DNA from: Christensenellales bacterium
GTDB taxonomy: Bacteria > Bacillota > Clostridia > Christensenellales > Maliibacteriaceae
Reading direction: 5' to 3'
DNA: 24,000 nt
NCBI GenBank assembly: GCA_050944255.1
Contig: JBMNQS010000003.1
Coordinates: forward strand, 42,409 to 66,408
The notes under the pieces were generated by a model. The model had not been told where the DNA came from. It ran no database searches and saw nothing but the letters and a program-made list of their open reading frames with translations. Of the stretch, positions 1 to 7,239 are shown piece by piece. Made by a program: the position numbers and the translations under genes. The first letter of the stretch is position 1. Each line of letters begins with the position of its first letter.

Positions 1-252
1 GCGGATCTGCCTGAGCCGCAGGACGACCAAAAACACGCGTGCCTTGAAAACTGCTCGCTGTGCTCGCTGCAGGATATCTGCAGCAATCCCCAGAGGCAAA
101 ACGGCGGCGTGGTTTTAAAAGATATGATGCAGGCATCCGAGGCGGCTCTATACGGTCCAAACCACGGCTGGTGCCCCGACTGCGAAAGTAAACTGGAGTT
201 TGAGGGCGGCTGCGTGGTCTGCCGCAACTGCGGGTATTCCAAGTGCGGGTGA
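1..252 (+). CDS. nrdJ: 3' end of a ribonucleotide reductase gene, most likely class II (adenosylcobalamin-dependent, NrdJ-type); Cys-rich zinc-ribbon C-terminal tail; 5' end is outside the window
   Basis: Frame 1 is open from base 1 to TGA at 250-252. It is absent from the ORF track because there is no in-window start. Translation ends ...ALYGPNHGWCPDCESKLEFEGGCVVCRNCGYSKCG*, i.e. CxxC-x9-CxxC-x2-C-x4-C at the extreme C-terminus. I recognise this as the tail typical of clostridial B12-dependent RNRs. Only 83 codons are visible, so the family call rests on this tail alone. Confidence 0.5.
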   Translation, partial: ADLPEPQDDQKHACLENCSLCSLQDICSNPQRQNGGVVLKDMMQASEAALYGPNHGWCPDCESKLEFEGGCVVCRNCGYSKCG

Positions 253-748
253 ACGCCGGGCGTTGTCCGTCGGCCTCCGGCGGCCAAAGGCTCCGCCTTT
301 GGAATCCGCCAGGGACATTGTCCCTGGACCCGTTTATGGAAATGCCCGCAGGCGGTCATTTCCGGGGAGCCATATTGGGATTAAATGGAGAGTGAAGCCT
401 GAAATGCCTGCTCTTGGGGCGTTGCCCGGACTGGGATGAATGCCGGGCGTTGTCCGTCGGCCTCCGGCGGCCAAAGGCTTCGCCTTTGGAATCCGCCAGG
501 GACGATTGTCCCTGGACCCGTTTGCGGAAATGCCCGCAGGCGGTCATTTCCGGAGAGCCATATTGGGATTAAATGAAGAGTGAAGCCTGAAATGCCTGCT
601 CTTGGGGCGCTGGCCGGACTGGGATAAATGCCGGGTGTTGCCCGTCGGCCTCCGGCGGCCAAAGGCTCCGCCTTTGGAATCCGCCAGGGACGATTGTCCC
701 TGGACCCGTTATGGAAATGCCCGCAAGCGGTCATTTCCGGGGAATATG
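250..748. repeat. Tandem array of about 2.6 copies of a ~187-bp hairpin-dense unit (units start at 250, 437 and 625; the third is truncated near 748)
   Basis: Direct alignment shows units 1 and 2 differ at 9 positions (8 substitutions, 1 indel) over 187 nt. Unit 3 matches for about 120 nt. Each unit carries three strong stems: in unit 1, 279-310 GGCGG-CCAAAGG/CCTTTGG-CCGCC, 310-326 CAGGGAC/GTCCCTG, and 338-363 GGAAATG/CATTTCC. The period is not a multiple of 3. Confidence 0.9.
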
Positions 749-798
749 AAAACTGTTTGGAATCGCCCGCGAAGCGGAAACGAAGTCTTTTTGGAGTT

Positions 799-857
799 CT
801 TAGAACCTTTTTCTTCAGAAAAAGGTTCTAAGCGGATTCTTAAGGCGGAGCCTTAAG
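799..857 (+). promoter_or_regulatory. Two adjacent perfect hairpins in the 5' leader of the C_GCAxxG_C_C gene (function unknown)
   Basis: Hairpin 799-832 is CTTAGAACCTTTTT/AAAAAGGTTCTAAG, a 14-bp stem with loop CTTCAG. Hairpin 839-857 is CTTAAGG/CCTTAAG, a 7-bp stem with loop CGGAG. Neither is followed by a T-tract. They lie 35-95 nt upstream of the RBS GGAGG (883-887). Confidence 0.3.
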
Positions 858-892
858 CTGAACCCCGAATTAAATGAATATGGAGGTCTGTG

Positions 893-1354
893 ATGAAAAA
901 CGATGAGGTGCTGGCCGTTGCCAGAGAGTGTTTTGAAGAACGCGGGATGAACTGCGCGCAGGCGACGTGCTATGCGCTGATGAAAGCCTACGGCATGGAC
1001 GCGGACCTTCTGGCCAAGACGCTGACGTGCTTTGGCGGCGGGGTGCTCCGCACGCGGAACGTCTGCGGAGCGCTTTCGGGCGCGCTGGCGGCTTTGGGCG
1101 CCGTGCACGGCTCCATGGGGCGCAGGGACGACATGGAGGGATACGCCGCGTGCAGCCGTCTGGGTGAGGAAATGACCGCCTGGTTCGAAGAGGCAAACGG
1201 CTCCATGCTCTGCAGCGAGCTGATCCAGGTGCCAAGGGACGATGAGGAGGCATTTAAGGCGTACCAGGCAAAGGACGGCCATAAGACCATCTGCACGCCC
1301 CTTGTGCTTGCGGCCACACAGAAGATGATGACGATCATGGAAGGCAGCTTATAA
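893..1354 (+). CDS. C_GCAxxG_C_C family putative redox-active protein
   Basis: This is the ORF 890..1354. ATG 893 lies 5 nt after GGAGG, so it is preferred over GTG 890. The family's spaced Cys pattern is present: N-terminal GMNCAQA, central NVCGALSGALAALG, then LCSELI and ICTPLV. Confidence 0.8.
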   Translation: MKNDEVLAVARECFEERGMNCAQATCYALMKAYGMDADLLAKTLTCFGGGVLRTRNVCGALSGALAALGAVHGSMGRRDDMEGYAACSRLGEEMTAWFEEANGSMLCSELIQVPRDDEEAFKAYQAKDGHKTICTPLVLAATQKMMTIMEGSL

Positions 1355-1372
1355 ACGTGGCTCTATTATGCC

Positions 1373-1404
1373 AAGGTGAAAAAAGTTACTTTTTTTACCT
1401 TTTT
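1373..1404 (+). terminator. Candidate intrinsic terminator after the C_GCAxxG_C_C gene (A/U-rich stem)
   Basis: AAGGTGAAAAAA (1373-1384) pairs with TTTTTTACCTT (1390-1401), including one G-T pair, and is followed by TTT. It lies 19 nt after the stop codon. The stem is AT-rich, so it would be weak. Confidence 0.4.
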
Positions 1405-1448
1405 AACACAAATTTTTATATACACCTATCGCACTGGATATGGGGGTG

Positions 1449-1457
1449 TGTTATACT
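1449..1457 (+). promoter_or_regulatory. Candidate extended -10 sigma-A promoter element facing into the ORF-free region
   Basis: TGTTATACT matches TGnTATAAT at 8 of 9 positions. The -35 is poor (TCGCAC at 1429-1434). This is a sequence match only. Confidence 0.25.
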
Positions 1458-1722
1458 AAATTCCAAACGAGTTTTCCAAAAGAGGAACGTTCGTTGAGAT
1501 TTGTTTGTTCAGCCAACCAGCCTCCCATGAAGACTGTAGGAGCGCGCCGTAAAACGGCCGTTGTTAATAAAGCTGACATTCTCAGCGGCGAAAAATGTCG
1601 AACGGCATTTTTGCCAATAGCGGTTTTGCCCATTGCCGGTTGTCTTTATAAGCACCGGCTGCATCCATCAAAGAAAATAGATTTTCGCGCGCCTTTGGAA
1701 GGATAAACACTCCATATTACGA

Positions 1723-1751
1723 AAAGGGTGGCGAAAAGATCGCCGCCCTTT
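1723..1751 (-). terminator. Strong GC-rich hairpin, possible minus-strand terminator inside the ORF-free region
   Basis: AAAGGGTGGCGA (1723-1734) pairs with TCGCCGCCCTTT (1740-1751): 12 bp with one G-U pair and a 5-nt loop. Read on the minus strand, the stem ends in CCCTTTT followed by CGTAAT, which is a short U-tract. Confidence 0.3.
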
Positions 1752-2387
1752 CAGCATGTACGTCCGCCGTTTTGCCTTCAGTCGCGGATTTTCCGGCTTC
1801 GGGAAAGGAATGTGCGCTCCGGTACGCTCAACAACAAACCGAGATCGGCAGGATATAAGAAGCGCAATGTCAAATACACCGTATGGGCCCGATTGGGGCA
1901 AAAAACCGATGCGACGCCAATATCCGATTTATCCGGGCCATGTCTGCATAAGCAATGTTAATATTGAGCCTGTGCCAAAAACAGGACCAAGCCAATGGGC
2001 GGTGTGAAGCGTCAAAGGTTCACGAACCGCCGCCGGTAAGATGCATGAACGGCCATATTGCCGCAGCCAAGAGGCGACGTGAATGCCCCGCAAAGACACC
2101 CTTCGCCCGATTGACGAAGGGGTATCACTGTGCGGGTCCGATACGGAATCGGTATGGCGGGATATAGCCGAATGTGCCGGCCAGCCCGGTAAAATATCGA
2201 TGAAAATACAAGCTCTCACATAAGGCCCTTCAATTTCTGTTTGCGCGAGCCATCCAAAACCGGTGGATAAACCGAATGAGGTGAACCGGTATGCCCGCCC
2301 CGGATGCATATAAGCGTATAGGCTCTTCGGCATCACAACATTTTTTTATACAGACCCGCTCCGGCCAACATGGGCCGTACCAAGCGC

Positions 2388-2417
2388 TATATATAAAGTT
2401 GTATGCACGGTTGTCCA
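2388..2417 (-). promoter_or_regulatory. Candidate minus-strand sigma-A-like promoter, divergent from the LysR gene
   Basis: On the minus strand, TGGACA (2417-2412) is followed after 16 or 18 nt by TATATA (2395-2390 or 2393-2388). The match is to consensus only, in AT-rich DNA. Confidence 0.25.
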
Positions 2418-2480
2418 TAAGATTAGATTAAAATGAAGTATGCAATATATAAGCGTTCATTATGGCGAGGGAGGTGCCGC

Positions 2481-3383
2481 ATGCTGGATGTCAAAATAGA
2501 GACGCTGTTGATTGTGGCCGATACGCTGAATTTTACAAGAGCGGCCAAGGAACTGTCTCTGACACAACCGGCTGTCAGCCAACATATTAAAGCGCTTGAA
2601 ACGCAGCTTAAAGTCACTTTATTCTCACGGCGCGAAAAAGAGTTGAGACCCACGGAAGAAGGAGAAATCGTCATAGAATACGCGCGGAAAATGAAGGCGC
2701 TGAACCTGAATATGGTGCAGGCGCTGCAGGATCGCCAGCGCCGCGTAAGACGTCTGGCCGTGGGTATAATGCCAAAAGCGGAAAACAACGGCATTTCGCG
2801 GATATTTGCCATGTATGGAAGCCGGAATCTCAGCCTGCATATAACGATCACTACCGATCAGATAAAAGATCTTTATGCCAAACTGAAAAACTATGAGATC
2901 CATTTGGCCGTCATTGAGGGCGATACCCTGGAGAGCGGCTATAATTCCATCCTGCTGGATACGGACTATCTGGTGCTGGCGGTGGCCAACAGCAACCCGC
3001 TGTCCAGAAAGAGCATCGCCACACTGAGCGATCTGCGCAAGGAAAAACTGATACTGCGCCTGCCTGCGTCGGAAACCCGTAAACTCTTTGAAAAGGGCCT
3101 GAGCAGCATCGGTCAGTCCATCGATACGTTCAATGTTATACTGGAAGTGGATAACAACAATATCATCAAAGAATTGGTGGAGGCCAACTTCGGCGTCAGC
3201 ATCATCTCCAAAAACGCCTGCGCAACCGAAGTGCGCCAGAAACGCTTCACCGTTCTGCCCATTGAAAACCTGTCCATTATCAGAGAGGTCCATATCGTCT
3301 ACAACCAGGAATTTGAGCATCCGGATATCCTCAACGATATCGTGGGGATCTACAATGAATCCATGAGCCGCCTCAAGGAATAG
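2481..3383 (+). CDS. LysR-family transcriptional regulator
   Basis: The N-terminal wHTH reads MLDVKIETLLIVADTLNFTRAAKELSLTQPAVSQHIKALETQLKVTLFSRREKELRPTEEG, followed by a LysR substrate-binding-type C-terminal domain. ATG 2481 lies 6 nt after GAGGGAGG (2467-2474). The track's start at 2433 would add 16 residues ahead of the HTH and has no RBS. Confidence 0.85.
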   Translation: MLDVKIETLLIVADTLNFTRAAKELSLTQPAVSQHIKALETQLKVTLFSRREKELRPTEEGEIVIEYARKMKALNLNMVQALQDRQRRVRRLAVGIMPKAENNGISRIFAMYGSRNLSLHITITTDQIKDLYAKLKNYEIHLAVIEGDTLESGYNSILLDTDYLVLAVANSNPLSRKSIATLSDLRKEKLILRLPASETRKLFEKGLSSIGQSIDTFNVILEVDNNNIIKELVEANFGVSIISKNACATEVRQKRFTVLPIENLSIIREVHIVYNQEFEHPDILNDIVGIYNESMSRLKE

Positions 3384-3443
3384 AGCGCTCTGCCTAAAGC
3401 GCCCGCGGCCGCTTGAAAATAAAAAATGCGAAAGCGATAAGAG

Positions 3444-3469
3444 CCTCGCGCCGCGCGTGGGGTTTTTTT
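3444..3469 (+). terminator. Candidate intrinsic terminator downstream of the LysR gene
   Basis: CCTCGCG (3444-3450) pairs with CGCGTGG (3454-3460) with one mismatch, followed by GG and T7 (3463-3469). An A-rich run lies upstream at 3417-3426. Confidence 0.5.
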
Positions 3470-3720
3470 ATTGTGCTTTTGGGCGGATGGGTACCGAAAA
3501 AGGAGGGGAAGAACCTTCTTGCGGGGCGCGCGATTGGAAAAAGGAGCCGCCGGGCGCACGGCGGAGGCGCGGGCGCAAAATTTCGCGCAGGGAAGCCCGG
3601 GAAATGCACAGGAGGATCGGGATTCCGGACCGGAAAAAAGTTTTTTGGGGACCCGCGGCGGCATCGTCCGGCGCTGGAACAGGCGGGCCGGTCACGTGCC
3701 GTTCCAGACAAAAATAACAC

Positions 3721-3749
3721 GTCTAAACGGCTGCTTGTACACATATAGT
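3721..3749 (+). promoter_or_regulatory. Candidate sigma-E-type promoter of the spoIIIA operon
   Basis: GTCTAAA-N14-CATATAGT compared with the B. subtilis sigma-E consensus ZHATAXX-N14-CATACAHT gives 5/7 and 7/8 matches. It sits about 20 nt upstream of the spoIIIAA RBS. spoIIIA is sigma-E dependent in B. subtilis. Confidence 0.3.
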
Positions 3750-3772
3750 TGGTGATAAGGGAGGGCATGTAC

Positions 3773-4744
3773 ATGCAGGACTGCACAAGGGCTTGGACGG
3801 AGCTTATCAGGGTGATGCCGCAGCCGGCGAAAGGGCTTTTGCAGCGGCTTGACGCCGGGCAGTCCGGCGGGGTGCGGGAAGTGCGCATCCGCTGCGGGCA
3901 GGCCGTGGAAATAGTCAGCGAAAGCGGGCGCGAATGGCTGCATCAGGCGGCCGGGCAGAAAACGCCCGCGGTGGCCGATATGGATTTTTGCAAGAGGGTG
4001 TTTTCCGGCATCAGCGAGCATTCTCTCTACGCGGTGGAGGCCCAGCTCAAATGGGGATACATCACGCTGCCGGGAGGGGTCCGGGTAGGCGTTGCCGGGC
4101 ATGCCGCCCGGCAGGACGGCGGCGGGTACATGATCACGGCGGCAGGGAGCTTCTGCTTCCGCATCGGCCGCGCGCTGCAGGGCTGCGCCGATCACCTGAT
4201 GCCCTTTGTCCTGCGGGGGGAAAGCATGTATTCCACACTCCTGATCGGACCGCCCGGGTGCGGCAAGACGACGCAATTGCGCGATGTGGCGCGGCAGCTG
4301 TCGCAAAGGGGCGTGCATGTGGCCCTGGTGGACGAACGGGGCGAAATCTCCGGGAGCCGAAGCGGCGGCAGCGCCTTTGACCTTGGCCCCTGCTGCGACG
4401 TGATGGAGGGCATCCCAAAGGCCCAGGGCATGATGATGATGGTGCGCTCCATGGCCCCGGAAGTGATGATCACCGACGAGATCGGCCATGAGGCGGACGC
4501 GCAGGCCATTTTGGAGGCGGGCAACGCCGGCGTCAAGATCATTGCCTCGGCCCACGCCGAGGATGTAAGATCGCTGAAAATGCGTCCGGCCCTGGGCGCG
4601 TGCCTGCGCCAAGGGGTGTTTGAAAGGCTTGCCGTACTGTCTTTAAGAGACGGCCCGGGAACGCTGGAAAGCGTGATGGACATGGGCCGCGGCGCGGCGC
4701 TGGTTGCGGCAAAGCCGATGCTGAAAACCGGAGGAGGGGTTTGA
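3773..4744 (+). CDS. spoIIIAA: Stage III sporulation protein AA (AAA+/secretion-type ATPase)
   Basis: Walker A is LLIGPPGCGKTT and Walker B is VMITDEIG. The N-terminus (...LPxxLxxxL...EVRIRCGQAVEIV) resembles B. subtilis SpoIIIAA. It is the first gene of an 8-gene spoIIIA-order operon. ATG 3773 lies 8 nt after GGGAGG (3759-3764). Alternatives are ATG 3767 and TTG 3749, and TTG 3749 overlaps the putative promoter. Confidence 0.9.
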   Translation: MQDCTRAWTELIRVMPQPAKGLLQRLDAGQSGGVREVRIRCGQAVEIVSESGREWLHQAAGQKTPAVADMDFCKRVFSGISEHSLYAVEAQLKWGYITLPGGVRVGVAGHAARQDGGGYMITAAGSFCFRIGRALQGCADHLMPFVLRGESMYSTLLIGPPGCGKTTQLRDVARQLSQRGVHVALVDERGEISGSRSGGSAFDLGPCCDVMEGIPKAQGMMMMVRSMAPEVMITDEIGHEADAQAILEAGNAGVKIIASAHAEDVRSLKMRPALGACLRQGVFERLAVLSLRDGPGTLESVMDMGRGAALVAAKPMLKTGGGV

Positions 4745-5274
4745 AATTGCTGCTGAAGATACTCCAGAGCGTTCTGGTGGTAATTGCCTGCGCGCTGATC
4801 GGCGTACTGCGGGCGCAGAAGTACCAGAACCGGTGCGCCGTCATCGGCGACATGCAGATTCTGGCAAGGCGGCTGCGGCTGGGCAGCGCCCTTCAGGGCG
4901 AGCCGCTGTCGCTGCTGCTTGAGCCCTTTGAAAGCCAGATGGCGCCGCCGGTATCCGAGGTGATCGCCATTTTCCGCGGACTGCTTCATGCAAACGAGCT
5001 TTTAATAGAAACCGCGTGGGAGCGGGCGCTGACGCAGGTGCTTTCAAACGGAGGAAAGCGGTACGCGCTGGACGAGGAGGACTTTTCCCAGATATTGCAG
5101 CTGGGCGCCTTTATGGGCCAGCGGCGGCAGGCCCAGCAGGAGAGCCTGAAGATTCTCGAAGACGCGCTGGGCCAGCGGCTCACCCAGGCCATGATCCACA
5201 AAGAAAAGGGCGCCAAGCTCTCGGTGCGCATCGGGTTTCTCTCCGGCGTGATGCTGGCGCTGTGTATATTGTAA
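4741..5274 (+). CDS. spoIIIAB: Stage III sporulation protein AB
   Basis: The protein is 177 aa with one N-terminal and one C-terminal TM segment around a helical soluble domain. Its operon position and size match SpoIIIAB. The TTG start overlaps the spoIIIAA TGA (TTGA). Confidence 0.8.
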   Translation: MKLLLKILQSVLVVIACALIGVLRAQKYQNRCAVIGDMQILARRLRLGSALQGEPLSLLLEPFESQMAPPVSEVIAIFRGLLHANELLIETAWERALTQVLSNGGKRYALDEEDFSQILQLGAFMGQRRQAQQESLKILEDALGQRLTQAMIHKEKGAKLSVRIGFLSGVMLALCIL

Positions 5275-5321
5275 ATGTACGACGGCTTTACACGAAGGCT
5301 CCCTCTGAAAGGAACAAAAGT

Positions 5322-5519
5322 ATGAGCATAGATCTGGTTTTTAGAATAGCGGCCATCGGCATCCTGGTTTCGGTGCTGGCGCAGGTCTTAAACCGCGCGG
5401 GCCGCGAAGAGATGGCGACGCTGACCACCATCGCCGGGCTGGTGATCGTGCTTTTGATGGTGGTGCAGCTGATAGGCTCGCTGTTTGAGAGCGTCAAGTC
5501 CATCTTCCAGCTCTATTAA
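5322..5519 (+). CDS. spoIIIAC: Stage III sporulation protein AC (small two-TM protein)
   Basis: The 65-aa product is MSIDLVFRIAAIGILVSVLAQVLNRAGREEMATLTTIAGLVIVLLMVVQLIGSLFESVKSIFQLY. It is the C-terminal part of track ORF 5016..5519. ATG 5322 follows AAAGGAACA. The upstream 102 codons overlap spoIIIAB and are Gly/Arg/Ala junk. Confidence 0.85.
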   Translation: MSIDLVFRIAAIGILVSVLAQVLNRAGREEMATLTTIAGLVIVLLMVVQLIGSLFESVKSIFQLY

Positions 5520-5531
5520 GGGGCGAAGGCT

Positions 5532-5927
5532 ATGGAGATTTTCCAGATTGTTGCGGTGGTATTGATAGCGGCGCTGCTGGCGGTGACGCTGCGCTCGCAG
5601 CGGCCGGAGATGGCGCTGGTACTGAGCCTGGCAACCGGCGCGCTGGTGCTGTTTATGCTGCTGCCCACCCTCTCGCAGATGGTGCAGCAGACCAAGAGCA
5701 TCGCCTCGGAGGTATCGGGGATGGGCACCATCGCCGCGGCGGTACTCAAGATGATCGGCGTGGCCTACATCTCCGAATACGGCGCCAGTTTGTGCCGGGA
5801 CGCGGAGGAGAACGCGCTGGCCTTCAAGATCGAGACCGGCGGGCGCCTCCTGATACTGGCTATGGCCACGCCCTTTGTGCTGTCGATCCTTCATTCGGCG
5901 GTGTCGCTGCTTTCCGGCGGCGGATAG
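5532..5927 (+). CDS. spoIIIAD: Stage III sporulation protein AD
   Basis: This 131-aa polytopic membrane protein contains the SpoIIIAD-like segment IGVAYISEYGASLCRDAEENALAFKIETGGRLLIL. Its operon position fits. Confidence 0.85.
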   Translation: MEIFQIVAVVLIAALLAVTLRSQRPEMALVLSLATGALVLFMLLPTLSQMVQQTKSIASEVSGMGTIAAAVLKMIGVAYISEYGASLCRDAEENALAFKIETGGRLLILAMATPFVLSILHSAVSLLSGGG

Positions 5928-5936
5928 GCGGTGCGT

Positions 5937-7235
5937 ATGAAGAGATGGCGAAAGAAAAAGATGCTGGCGCTTGCGCTGATGATCCTGGCGGTATTTTCCT
6001 GCGGGGCGGCCTTCAATACCGAACCTGCGCAGGACGCCTGGCAGAGCCAGTTTGTGGTGGCGCCGGAAGCGGGGGCGCTGCAGACGCCGCAGGAACAAAC
6101 AGAGCAGGAGGAACAGAGCCAGGAAGCCGCCTATAAGATCGACCTGGAGGAGCTCTTGATGCAGCAGGCGGAGCTTCTGGACCTGTCGGAACTGGAAGGC
6201 GCGCTTTCGGACATCGGCGTACAGGACCGGGAAGCCGTGGGGGCGGACAGCTTCTTCCAATTGATGCGCGACGCGGCCACGGGGCAGTTCGTGTTCGACG
6301 GGCAGGCCTTTTTGCAGCGGGGGCTGCAGCTTGTGCTGGGCGAGCTCCGGAACAATATGGGCTTTATCTCCAGCATCATGGGCATTGCCATACTGTGCAG
6401 CCTCATGCAGCAGATGCGCGACGGGCTCTCCTCCCAGGGAGTGGCCAAGGCCGTATACATGGCCTGCTACGCGGTGATCGTGGTCCTGTTGATGCAGAAG
6501 ATGCTGTCGCTGGCGGACGACGCCAGGCAGGTGATGCAGACGCTGTCGCAGTGGATGACGCTTTTAATGCCGGTGCTGCTGGTTTTGATGAGCACCATGG
6601 GCGCCGTGGCCTCGGCCAGCGTGTTCCAGCCAGTGACGGCGCTGATGGCCAATCTGGTGCAGGTGGTGATGACCAACGCCATGCTGCCTTTGACGCTCTC
6701 CGCCGGGGCGCTGACGGTGGTCAACCGCATGGGGGAACGGCCCCGGTTCCAGAAGATGGTGGGCTTTCTCAAAAGCCTTCTCAAATGGGGGCTGGGGGTC
6801 ATCTTCACGCTGTTTATCGGGGTATTGTCCCTGCAGGGGGTGGCCGCCTCCAGCTTCGACGGGCTGGGTATCCGGACCATGAAGTTTACGCTGTCAAGCA
6901 CCGTGCCCATCGTCGGCGGCGTGGTCTCGGACTCTCTGGAGACGCTCCTTGGATGCAGTATGCTGCTGAAAAACGGGGTGGGCATCGCCGGCATCGTGGC
7001 GGCGCTGGCGGCGCTGATCATGCCGGTGATCAAAATCGGGGTGGTGACGCTGACCATCAAGCTGTGCGCGGCGCTATTGCAGCCCATCGACTCGGGGCCC
7101 ATCGTCAATTGTATGGAGGAGGTCAGCGACATACTGCAGATTCTTTTGAGCTGCGTGCTGACGGTGGCCATGATGTTCTTCCTGGCCATTGCGCTGGCCG
7201 TAGGCGCGGGCAACGCGTCCTTCTCAGCGGGGTGA
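5937..7235 (+). CDS. spoIIIAE: Stage III sporulation protein AE (polytopic membrane protein with signal peptide and acidic N-terminal domain)
   Basis: The protein is about 432 aa. It has an N-terminal signal-like segment (KKKMLALALMILAVFSCGAA), an acidic Gln/Glu-rich region, then about 7 TM segments. Size and position match SpoIIIAE. GTG 5931 is an alternative start. Confidence 0.85.
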   Translation: MKRWRKKKMLALALMILAVFSCGAAFNTEPAQDAWQSQFVVAPEAGALQTPQEQTEQEEQSQEAAYKIDLEELLMQQAELLDLSELEGALSDIGVQDREAVGADSFFQLMRDAATGQFVFDGQAFLQRGLQLVLGELRNNMGFISSIMGIAILCSLMQQMRDGLSSQGVAKAVYMACYAVIVVLLMQKMLSLADDARQVMQTLSQWMTLLMPVLLVLMSTMGAVASASVFQPVTALMANLVQVVMTNAMLPLTLSAGALTVVNRMGERPRFQKMVGFLKSLLKWGLGVIFTLFIGVLSLQGVAASSFDGLGIRTMKFTLSSTVPIVGGVVSDSLETLLGCSMLLKNGVGIAGIVAALAALIMPVIKIGVVTLTIKLCAALLQPIDSGPIVNCMEEVSDILQILLSCVLTVAMMFFLAIALAVGAGNASFSAG

Positions 7236-7239
7236 TTGT

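Noticed and set aside
250-748. Possible CRISPR array
   Set aside because: The whole ~187-bp unit is repeated head to tail with no unique spacers. The unit is far longer than a CRISPR repeat, and no cas genes are in the window.
200-856. Small ORFs running through the tandem repeats (200..439+, 602..856+, 628..831+, 356..547-, 381..734-)
   Set aside because: They exist only because the repeat lacks stops in some frames. The 187-bp period shifts the frame between copies. The products are basic and Pro/Arg-rich, and no RBS is present.
1596-1602. A second perfect 0A box (TGTCGAA) inside the ORF-free region, and an 11-mer (CGCCTTTGGAA, 1691-1701) shared with the tandem repeat units
   Set aside because: A 7-mer is expected by chance a few times in 24 kb on two strands. 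The 11-mer has no flanking similarity to the repeat unit. Both are noted but not interpretable alone.
1668-2418. A minus-strand frame across the ORF-free region is interrupted only by TGA codons (five of them) before a TAA, which raised the idea of TGA recoding or selenocysteine
   Set aside because: Neighbouring genes (nusB, folD, dxs, xseB, spoIIIAA) clearly use TGA as a stop. The conceptual product (rich in Trp, Cys, His and Arg) looks non-proteinaceous. I see no SECIS-like hairpin immediately after the TGAs. TGA is simply the most likely chance stop.
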